A DNA stretch of 64,000 nt from an uncultured Lachnospiraceae bacterium (GTDB lineage Bacteria > Bacillota > Clostridia > Oscillospirales > CAG-272): NCBI GenBank assembly GCA_964570825.1, contig CAZMZJ010000002.1, positions 17,070-81,069 of the forward strand, read 5' to 3'. A program made the position numbers and the translations under genes. The notes under the pieces were generated by a model. It made no database searches. It saw only the letters and a program-made list of their open reading frames with translations, and was not told the DNA's origin. This document shows positions 23,581 through 30,785 of this stretch, one piece after another. How positions within the stretch are numbered: the first letter of the stretch is position 1; every line of letters starts with the position of its first letter.

Positions 23581-25029
23581 TTATTTCATGTCGGCGAGAA
23601 ATTTTGACAGCGCGCTCTCATGCACCTTCTGAAGCTGTTTTAGCAGCGAGGAGACATTTGTATTGCCGTTTTCAAAATATCCGGAAAGTCCGGTTATGAG
23701 AGTGGTTCCCGAATATTTAAGCAAATATCCGATATTGTCGTGTATTATCTGCAGGCATTCGTATGAGCCCGAGTCGCGCGCGGTCTTGCCCTGAAGCGTT
23801 ATGGTAAAGTAGGACGGCATGAGAGCCGAGCTTGAGTAGTAAGCGCTTGAATAGTACGACATAGCCTCAAGAATGACTCCCGTGCGCTCCGGGTCCGGAT
23901 TTGTAATCGGGATTATGATGCTGTGACCGTTCGGAGAAAGGCACAGATATTTATCCTGTGATTCGTCGTATTTGGGAAGCGGCAGGATTCCGTAGTTCAC
24001 AACTCCGGCGCGGAAAACAGACGCGCCCTGCTTGAGCACGCCCATGTAAAACAGGGCGAGCCCATTTGAGAATGAGGCCACAGCATCGGCGTCAGACTGG
24101 TAGTTTACGCCGTCATTCTTGAACTTTTTCATGATATCGAGGAAGACGCTGATGAAATTATCCTGCTGTTCATAACAGTAAAGATACGGCATCCCTTCGC
24201 TGTCAATCTGCAGCGGCGATATACCGGCCGAAACCATCATCGCCTCGCAGAGCGAAATGGCCCGAACTGAGAAGCCGTATGTATCCTTTGAATTTCTGAT
24301 GCCGTCTCCGTCGTCTCTGTACGCCTGAGAAGCCATCATGTTCATGGTGTCGATGGTCCATCTGCCTTCTCTTACAACCTGATAAAGGTCTCCGAGCTGC
24401 AGCTGTTCGGCATAATCCTGATTGAAGTAGACCGCGCGGGTGTTGTCCATTCCGTAAATCACGGCGTCGCTGAAGGTATAATACAGCTTTCCTTTTATCG
24501 AACAGTCGCGCACGGCGTTCTGGTCCCACCACGGCATGTCAAGATGGATAGAGTTAACCGAATTGAGATCTGTAGCATAGGCGATGACCGACGGGATATT
24601 GTCAAGGTCTATCATTATAATGTCGTAAATCTGTTCTCCGGAATTAAGCAGCGTTTTAATCTGATTTGTGTTAAGCTGAAATTCGGCAATCTTTATGCCG
24701 AATTTTTCAGAAAGCAGCGAATTGCGCGCATAGATGGCGTCGTTTATGGCATCTGCGTTCATTGTATCCGCGGTCATTTTGCTGTTGACATACTTTGTGG
24801 TATTAAGAGCGTCGTTGGCGATGTTCAGCGTGTAATTGTCGTATCTGACATCCGGTACGTCAAGAACATAAGGGTTTTCGGTTTCGGCAATAGTTGTGTC
24901 TGTTTGTGATATAAGGCTGGAATCTGCGGTTGTCGTTACGGGGGCGTCGGTTTCTCCGGCCGTGCAGGAAGCAAGCGGTATAATTAAAACAAGAGCCAGA
25001 GCAAAAGCGATTTTATTCCGGATTTTCAT
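23581..25029 (-). CDS. ABC-transporter extracellular solute-binding lipoprotein (large LplA-like family 1 SBP), orphan
   Basis: Lipobox PLASC. About 480 aa. Motifs INDAIYARNS, DTYGF and GILPLPK are shared with the paralog at 51138..52646. No permease or ATPase genes adjacent. Confidence 0.7.
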   Translation of the reverse strand: MKIRNKIAFALALVLIIPLASCTAGETDAPVTTTADSSLISQTDTTIAETENPYVLDVPDVRYDNYTLNIANDALNTTKYVNSKMTADTMNADAINDAIYARNSLLSEKFGIKIAEFQLNTNQIKTLLNSGEQIYDIIMIDLDNIPSVIAYATDLNSVNSIHLDMPWWDQNAVRDCSIKGKLYYTFSDAVIYGMDNTRAVYFNQDYAEQLQLGDLYQVVREGRWTIDTMNMMASQAYRDDGDGIRNSKDTYGFSVRAISLCEAMMVSAGISPLQIDSEGMPYLYCYEQQDNFISVFLDIMKKFKNDGVNYQSDADAVASFSNGLALFYMGVLKQGASVFRAGVVNYGILPLPKYDESQDKYLCLSPNGHSIIIPITNPDPERTGVILEAMSYYSSAYYSSSALMPSYFTITLQGKTARDSGSYECLQIIHDNIGYLLKYSGTTLITGLSGYFENGNTNVSSLLKQLQKVHESALSKFLADMK

Positions 25030-25120
25030 TTTGTATCCTCCGTCGATTATTTGATTTTGCAGGTATCAAGGCGAAGAACAAGACGGCTACAGACCGCCGA
25101 TTATGTATAACACCTGTTTT

Positions 25121-25149
25121 ATTATAACATCGCCGTTGTCAAATGTCAA
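25121..25149 (-). promoter_or_regulatory. Sigma-A promoter for the SBP gene
   Basis: TTGACA - 17 nt - TATAAT on the minus strand. Confidence 0.55.
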
Positions 25150-25198
25150 TGACATATGTTGCTTTTAGTATTTTTTGATATTTTTCGTCTTCCTAATA

Positions 25199-25227
25199 TT
25201 GACAGCATGCAATTGTTTTGATATAAT
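25199..25227 (+). promoter_or_regulatory. Sigma-A promoter for the SorC regulator gene
   Basis: TTGACA - 17 nt - TATAAT. Confidence 0.55.
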
Positions 25228-25280
25228 ACATACATATGTTAAATGTAAATTAGTGATTTATTTGAGAGGTATTGTACATA

Positions 25281-26222
25281 ATGGAAATAGAAAAACAACG
25301 TCAGCTGATGGCCGAAGTCGCTTTGTATTATTATGAAAAAAAATACACTCAGCAGAAGGTGGCGGATATTCTCGGTCTGTCGAGGCAGACCGTTTCAAAG
25401 CTGCTGATTGAAGCCGAAAACGAAGGCATAGTTGAAATAAAAATCCACAATCCCGAAACAGAGCGCCGGGCTCTTGCCTGTGAAATCTGCCAGAAGTTCG
25501 GGATAAAAGGAGCTTCTGTCTGCGGCATCAGCAGACCGGATGAGGAGATGACGCGTCTTCTTATTGTGCGGCACGCTGCGGAATATCTCCTTCCGATCAT
25601 CGAAAAAGGAGGACTAAATATCGCTTTTTCCTGGGGAAGAACTCTTCTGGCATTTGTAAACGAACTCCCCTCGATCCGAACCTCCGGGAATGTGATTTTC
25701 CCGCTGCTCGGAGCGACAGACTGGGAAGCGGCATATTTCACTCCGAACGAACTGGCGCGCTCGCTTGCCGAAAAAACCGGATCGGCGATAAAATACGCAT
25801 GGTTCCCGTATTATCCCGAGAACAAGCGCGAATGCGAATTTTTCAAAACGACCACATACTATAATAATATGCAGAATCTTTGGAAGAACATCGATCTGGC
25901 AATTGTCGGCATCGGAAACAGCAAGACGGCGGAGAATCTTCTGAGCTCGGCATACCCGCATGAGCTTATCGGCGCCGCAAACTCGGGCGTGGTGGGCGAC
26001 ATAGCGACGCACTTCTATAAAATAAACGGAGAGGTTATCCCCGCAGACGGCGAGACGCTCTGCGCGTCGGCGGAAAACCTAAGGTCTGCAAAGCAGGTGG
26101 TTGCTATAGCGGGCGGACCCGACAAGGTAAAAGCAATAGCCGGCGCCCTGCGCACAGGCATAGTCACTCATCTTATCACCGACGAGATAACGGCGCGCGG
26201 AGTGCTGAAGCTTGCAAAATGA
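25281..26222 (+). CDS. SorC/DeoR-type sugar-binding transcriptional regulator
   Basis: N-terminal HTH (YTQQKVADILGLSRQTVSKLLIEAENEGIV) plus a C-terminal sugar-binding domain with AIVGIGNS. ATG 25281 is preferred over TTG 25272 because of the GAGAGG position. Confidence 0.8.
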   Translation: MEIEKQRQLMAEVALYYYEKKYTQQKVADILGLSRQTVSKLLIEAENEGIVEIKIHNPETERRALACEICQKFGIKGASVCGISRPDEEMTRLLIVRHAAEYLLPIIEKGGLNIAFSWGRTLLAFVNELPSIRTSGNVIFPLLGATDWEAAYFTPNELARSLAEKTGSAIKYAWFPYYPENKRECEFFKTTTYYNNMQNLWKNIDLAIVGIGNSKTAENLLSSAYPHELIGAANSGVVGDIATHFYKINGEVIPADGETLCASAENLRSAKQVVAIAGGPDKVKAIAGALRTGIVTHLITDEITARGVLKLAK

Positions 26223-26255
26223 TGGCATATTTTTATATAAAGTAACGGGCAAATT

Positions 26256-26295
26256 AAAAAAGTCTTGAAAACACCATTGTTTTCAAGACTTTTCC
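26256..26295. terminator. Bidirectional terminator between the SorC regulator and GNAT genes
   Basis: 13-bp perfect stem AGTCTTGAAAACA / TGTTTTCAAGACT, loop CCAT, T/A-rich flanks on both sides. Confidence 0.65.
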
Positions 26296-26375
26296 GCTTT
26301 TATCACTGCCAATGTACGCAAATTTTGATAAAATTCACGAAAGGTTTCGTGAGAGAGTTGCGTTTTGTTTTGTTG

Positions 26376-26906
26376 TTATTGCATAACTTTTTCAAATCTA
26401 AACATTTCGGAAGGCCCTTCTTCCGGCATATCCGTTTCGTGCGGGTCAGGGTTAAACTCCCCGAAAAATTCAACGGCATGGAAACCGCATTTGTTGATGT
26501 AGAAATGAATGTTCCGCTTCTCAAAATACGGCGTGCAGGTTTCCCAAACCTTTGTATCGGGGTATAGGCGTTCAACCTCCTGCCAAGCGGCAAACCCGAT
26601 GCCTTTACTATGGACGTCTGGAGAAACAAACAACAAATCAAGATGATTGTGTTGTGTTTCTTCGTTGATTTGCAGCACAAGACCGCCGACAATTTTGTTG
26701 TCCTCACGGATGCGGTAGGCAACCCCCTCGTCAATGCTTTTTTCGATTGTGCTTTTGGAAATGATTTCGCCGCCCTCTTCAAAATGGTCGTCGCGAAGTC
26801 CGAATTCTTCCATTGCACCGAACTTAAAAGCGTACTGATTATCGAGAATGAATTGCTCTCTGTCATCTGCAGCAAGTGGAGTAAGAGTGATTTTTGGTGT
26901 GTTCAT
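26376..26906 (-). CDS. GNAT-family N-acetyltransferase
   Basis: Acetyl-CoA motif region LLFVSPDVHSKGIGFAAW. About 176 aa. GGAGG 5 nt upstream of ATG 26906. Confidence 0.75.
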   Translation of the reverse strand: MNTPKITLTPLAADDREQFILDNQYAFKFGAMEEFGLRDDHFEEGGEIISKSTIEKSIDEGVAYRIREDNKIVGGLVLQINEETQHNHLDLLFVSPDVHSKGIGFAAWQEVERLYPDTKVWETCTPYFEKRNIHFYINKCGFHAVEFFGEFNPDPHETDMPEEGPSEMFRFEKVMQ

Positions 26907-26917
26907 TAAAACCTCCA

Positions 26918-26965
26918 TAAAAACAACTCGGCAACAAAAAGCATACCTACGCTGATTGTTCCGAG
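26918..26965 (-). terminator. Intrinsic terminator inside the GNAT 5' leader
   Basis: Stem CUCGGAACAA / UUGUU(G)CCGAG with one bulge, 18-nt loop, followed by UUGUUUUUA directly before the RBS. Confidence 0.5.
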
Positions 26966-27069
26966 CTCACTCGACATCTTATCCGACAGGCGGCCTGCAA
27001 AGCAATGCTTTACGATCCCCTACGCTACGGCGTACTGTCCTCCGATGACCGATATTTGATTGTAATAAT

Positions 27070-27098
27070 AGTATAGCACAGTTTTTCACAAAAAGCAA
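27070..27098 (-). promoter_or_regulatory. Promoter of the GNAT leader transcript
   Basis: TTGCTT - 17 nt - TATACT on the minus strand, immediately downstream of three direct repeats. Confidence 0.45.
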
Positions 27099-27105
27099 TA
27101 AATAA

Positions 27106-27164
27106 GTCAATCTTTTCACGATAGGTGCTATCTTTTCACGAAAGGTCAATCTTTTCACGATAGG
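27106..27164 (-). repeat. Three direct repeats, period 19-20 bp, core CCT(A/T)TCGTGAAAAGA (minus-strand reading)
   Basis: The plus strand reads TCTTTTCACGATAGG / TCTTTTCACGAAAGG / TCTTTTCACGATAGG at 27111, 27131 and 27150. Confidence 0.8.
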
Positions 27165-27301
27165 TCGCAACGAAAACAGCTCTGCTACATTTTTGAGAAA
27201 AGCAGTATATATAAAGCTTTCGGTTCAACTGCCGGGCAGATATTCGAGAGTGGCGGAAGAACCCGAAAACAGTAAAGACGCCCTTATTTCAAGGGTATTT
27301 G

Positions 27302-27357
27302 GCATAAAACAAGTACGCAGTCGGTGACAACATTTTATCACTGACTGCGTACTTGTT
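27302..27357 (-). terminator. Terminator downstream of tRNA-Pro
   Basis: 15-bp stem AACAAGTACGCAGTC / GACTGCGTACTTGTT plus an inner GTGA/TCAC helix, followed by a T-run on the minus strand. Confidence 0.7.
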
Positions 27358-27434
27358 TGGTCGGAGTGACAAGATTTGAACTTGCGACCTCTTGGTCCCG
27401 AACCAAGCGCTCTACCAATCTGAGCCACACCCCG
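27358..27434 (-). tRNA. tRNA-Pro (anticodon CGG), CCA encoded
   Basis: Minus strand reads CGGGGTGTGGCTCAGATTGGTAGAGCGCTTGGTTCGGGACCAAGAGGTCGCAAGTTCAAATCTTGTCACTCCGACCA. Cloverleaf checked by hand: 7-bp acceptor, anticodon stem CTTGG/CCAAG, loop TTCGGGA, T-loop TTCAAAT. Confidence 0.95.
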
Positions 27435-27502
27435 TTTGACGGCCTCTTTCAAAAACATCCTGCTGTGATATAATAACAGAAGTCTTTACAGAACGCCTAA
27501 GC

Positions 27503-27531
27503 AGTATATCACAGCCCATGCGTTTTGTCAA
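27503..27531 (-). promoter_or_regulatory. Promoter for tRNA-Pro
   Basis: TTGACA - 17 nt - TATACT, about 60 nt upstream of the mature 5' end. Confidence 0.55.
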
Positions 27532-27620
27532 TACCTTTTATTAAAAAACGTCTTACTTGATATCAGGCCCGGTAAAAAGCACGGGAATTCATGCGCCGGA
27601 CAATATTTTCTTCCGGCGAC

Positions 27621-27649
27621 TTGTAATGGCCGTTTATCTGGTGTATAAT
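27621..27649 (+). promoter_or_regulatory. Candidate promoter for asnS with about 205-nt leader
   Basis: TTGTAA - 17 nt - TATAAT. Confidence 0.4.
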
Positions 27650-27859
27650 AATTCCTGAATTCATACCAAATTTTATTATAGCCCATGTTTCTTTATATGT
27701 TTTTCCGGATAATATATAACGGAAAACGGACACAATTTTCTGCGTTTTTTCAATATAAATTTCTGTTCCCCGCTTCCGCGGCAAAGTATCCTAAGGGCAA
27801 AAGCTGATACGGCAAAATATCCTGAAATAGATTAACTAATCAAATGAACGGAGCAAAAT

Positions 27860-29248
27860 ATGAAACATACCGACATAGCGGCGCTGCTTGGCGCCCCCGA
27901 AAATTTTTACGGCAAGGACGTTACAGTCTGCGGCTGGGTTCGCAGTCTGCGTGATTCAAGCAACATACGCTTTCTTGCTGTAAACGACGGAACATCTCTT
28001 GCGCATATCCAGATTGTCATAGACAAATCAAAGCTATCACCCGCCGAATACGAATCGGTCAACAGCATAGGCTGCTCGCTTAAAGCGGTCGGAAAGGCTG
28101 TAATCCCGGGAGGCGGCAAGGAAAAAATTGAAATAAACGCCGAAAGCATAACCCTGCTCGGCGCTTGTCCGGCCGACGAATACCCGATTCAGCCAAAGCG
28201 CCATACGATGGAATTTCTCCGCACCCTTCCCCACCTGCGCGTTCGCACAAATATATTCAACGCTATGCTGCGGGTACGCTCAGAGCTCGGCGCGGCAATA
28301 CATGAATATTTCCAAAGCCACGGCTATGTTTATGTCAACACTCCGATACTGACCGGCAGCGACTGCGAAGGCGCCGGCGAGGTTTTCCGCGTCACGACAC
28401 AGCCGTGGGACGCAAAATATGAAAGCGCCGCAGATTATTATGCCGACGATTTCTTCGCGCGCAAAGCGGGACTTACCGTATCTGGGCAGCTCGAGGGCGA
28501 GGTTGCCGCGATGGCGATGGGTAAAATCTATACCTTCGGTCCTACCTTCCGCGCCGAGTATTCCTTCACCGCGCGGCATGCCGCCGAGTTCTGGCAGGTC
28601 GAGCCAGAGGTGGCTTTCGCCGAACTTCCCGACATAATCGAAATCGCTGAGGAAATGATAAAATTCATAATCAGCCGGGTGATGGAGAAGTGTCCTGCGG
28701 AGCTTGATTTTTTTGACAAGTATGTGCAGAAGGGCCTTATTGACAAGCTTCGCGGTGTCGTCGAAAACAAATTTGCCGTAATCGATTATACAGACGCCGT
28801 CGAGCTGCTTAAAAAATCCGGCAAGGAATTCAGCTATCCTGTCGAGTGGGGGCTTGACCTGCAGACCGAGCATGAAAGATATATAGCCGAGGTCATCTGC
28901 GGCCGCCCGGTCTTTATCACAAACTACCCGAAGGCAATAAAATCGTTTTACATGAAGCAGAATCCCGACGGAAAGACCGTCGCCGCGACCGACCTGCTCG
29001 TTCCCGGCGTCGGCGAAATCATCGGCTGCAGCGAGCGCGAAGCCGATTACGAGAAGCTACTTGCCGCAATGAACGACCGCCACATGAATATCGACGAATA
29101 CAAGTACTACCTCGACCTGCGCCGCTTCGGCTCGGTGCCTCACAGCGGCTTCGGGCTTGGTCTTGAACGTATTCTCATGTATATCACCGGCATTGACAAC
29201 ATTCGGGACGTGACTCTATATCCGAGAACGGCGAAAGACCTGAAATAA
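27860..29248 (+). CDS. asnS: Asparagine--tRNA ligase
   Basis: Class IIb synthetase with N-terminal OB fold. Motif 3 region GFGLGLERILMYITGIDNIRDVTLYPR. 462 aa. Confidence 0.9.
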   Translation: MKHTDIAALLGAPENFYGKDVTVCGWVRSLRDSSNIRFLAVNDGTSLAHIQIVIDKSKLSPAEYESVNSIGCSLKAVGKAVIPGGGKEKIEINAESITLLGACPADEYPIQPKRHTMEFLRTLPHLRVRTNIFNAMLRVRSELGAAIHEYFQSHGYVYVNTPILTGSDCEGAGEVFRVTTQPWDAKYESAADYYADDFFARKAGLTVSGQLEGEVAAMAMGKIYTFGPTFRAEYSFTARHAAEFWQVEPEVAFAELPDIIEIAEEMIKFIISRVMEKCPAELDFFDKYVQKGLIDKLRGVVENKFAVIDYTDAVELLKKSGKEFSYPVEWGLDLQTEHERYIAEVICGRPVFITNYPKAIKSFYMKQNPDGKTVAATDLLVPGVGEIIGCSEREADYEKLLAAMNDRHMNIDEYKYYLDLRRFGSVPHSGFGLGLERILMYITGIDNIRDVTLYPRTAKDLK

Positions 29249-29262
29249 CCAGATAAAATAAT

Positions 29263-29296
29263 TGCGGGGATTTTCAAAAAAGTCCCCGCAGTTTTT
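29263..29296 (+). terminator. asnS terminator
   Basis: TGCGGGGA - 12 nt loop - TCCCCGCA, followed by GTTTTT. Confidence 0.65.
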
Positions 29297-29559
29297 AATT
29301 TCCGGCTTCCCTCCGGAAAATGCTTGCCGGCGGCTTCGGAAATATATACGCAGACGCATAAGCCGGCAAAATATATATTACTATATTATGAAAACAATTA
29401 TCCAACCGCTATTGACATTCAAGTAGCGCCACAGTAAAATTAAATTATATTTTAACTTACTTTCATATAATAAAAATGCACTTCCGTCAACCTTTTAGCG
29501 CATATTTATTATGACTGCCGCAATATCCATAGCAAATCGCGGGGAGAGAGGAAAGAGGC

Positions 29560-30753
29560 TTGAGAAAAAAGCAGATTAAAAGAAGATACGCTCCGATCCA
29601 CAGCATAGTAATGCCTCTGCTGCGACTGTTTTTGCGTGTCTTCCGCGGCTGCCGCTTCAGGGTCAACCATATTAAAAAGGGTGATAACTGCCTTATTCTT
29701 GCTAACCATGTCAACTCCACCGAACCCGTCATGCTTGAAGCTTCCTTCAACCGCCCGGTCTGTTTTCTGGTTCAGAACAGCCTTCTTGAGGAACCTCTTT
29801 TCCGCATATTGAGCCGCCTGACTCCTTTCATCGGAATAGACAAGGGGGCGTCCGACGCGCCGGCAGTCATGAAATGCCTGCGCTATGTGCGCGAGGGAGG
29901 AATTCTCGCCATTTATCCCGAGGGGAACCTGACATATGACGGCGAGCTCGGCTACATCAATCCGGGAATCATCCGATTGATCCGCATGCTGCGCGTACCG
30001 GTAATTTACTACAATACAAAAGGAGCCTACGGCGTCGATCCGCGGTTCGGAGCCGGATTCCGCCGCGGCAGAATGACAGGCGCGATCTCCGGACGCCGCA
30101 GTCCCGGGGAGATAGCCGCGATGACCGATCCGGAACTCTTAAGCGATATCAAAAGTATGCTCTCGGTAGACGAATTTTCGGAGCCGTGTTCGTACAAGTC
30201 AAATAAAAGCGCAGAGAAGCTTGAGCGCGTCATATACCGCTGCCCCGTATGCGGGAAAAACGGGACGATATGGTCAAAAGGGCGCTATATCCGCTGCTCG
30301 TGCGGACTTGTCGCCGAATACTGCGACAACCTGACCTTCCGCAGCGTCAGCGGAGAGAGCGTTCCGCGCCGCGTGCGCGACTGGATTGCGGAGGAGCTAA
30401 AATGGGTCAAATCCTATATTCCGAAGGGCGGCGATATTATTTTCCGCGACCAAGCCGTCAGAATTGAAAAAAGAAATTCCGACCTCAGCTTCGGCAAGGC
30501 GGAAGCGGGGGAGCTAATTATGACGGGCGATCATATCGCCGCGGGCAGTCAGAGGCTCGGCATCGATGCCATACACAGCATCGTCCTTATAAGGAAGCAG
30601 ATTCTTATGATTATTACCTGCGACATGGAGGTTTACCGCATAACGGCAAAAAAAGGCTTCTGTGGGCTCAAGTACATCCATATGTTCCACCGTCTTAAAA
30701 ATCTGCGCGGCGCCGGGACAGCGCTTGGTGGCGCCGATTACTACGGAATGTAG
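29560..30753 (+). CDS. Lysophospholipid (PlsC/LPLAT-family) acyltransferase with C-terminal zinc-ribbon-containing extension
   Basis: Block I NHVNSTEP (H-x4-E variant), block III YPEGN. CPVCGKNGTIWSKGRYIRCSCG downstream. TTG start with GAGAGAGGAAAGAGG upstream. Confidence 0.6.
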   Translation: MRKKQIKRRYAPIHSIVMPLLRLFLRVFRGCRFRVNHIKKGDNCLILANHVNSTEPVMLEASFNRPVCFLVQNSLLEEPLFRILSRLTPFIGIDKGASDAPAVMKCLRYVREGGILAIYPEGNLTYDGELGYINPGIIRLIRMLRVPVIYYNTKGAYGVDPRFGAGFRRGRMTGAISGRRSPGEIAAMTDPELLSDIKSMLSVDEFSEPCSYKSNKSAEKLERVIYRCPVCGKNGTIWSKGRYIRCSCGLVAEYCDNLTFRSVSGESVPRRVRDWIAEELKWVKSYIPKGGDIIFRDQAVRIEKRNSDLSFGKAEAGELIMTGDHIAAGSQRLGIDAIHSIVLIRKQILMIITCDMEVYRITAKKGFCGLKYIHMFHRLKNLRGAGTALGGADYYGM

Positions 30754-30785
30754 AATAAATATTACAGGAAAGGAATCCGCTGTGT

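Noticed and set aside
26303-26875. 190-aa minus-strand ORF overlapping the GNAT gene in another frame.
   Set aside because: The GNAT frame carries the acetyl-CoA binding motif and a proper RBS. The alternative frame is Ser/Thr/Lys-rich with no motif.
26940-27030. TPP riboswitch in the GNAT leader, because of CAGCGUAGG(G) boxes.
   Set aside because: CUGAGA, the ACCUGAUCUGG..CCAGCG P4/P5 arrangement and the rest of the thi-box are missing, and the gene context (GNAT) does not fit.
27106-27164. CRISPR-like array.
   Set aside because: There are only three 15-nt cores, separated by 4-5 nt of variable sequence. No cas genes are nearby, and the array sits exactly at a promoter. A regulatory repeat is the better explanation.
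27563-27784. 73-aa ORF (TTG start) next to tRNA-Pro, considered as a remnant of an integrase or HTH gene at a tRNA integration site.
   Set aside because: There is no RBS, it is AT-rich, it overlaps the predicted asnS promoter and leader, and it shows no recognisable motif. No flanking direct repeat of the tRNA 3' end was seen.
27650-27859. T-box riboswitch upstream of asnS.
   Set aside because: No T-box sequence (GGUGGUACCGCG-like), no AGAGA or AGUA boxes, and no recognisable Stem I specifier loop.
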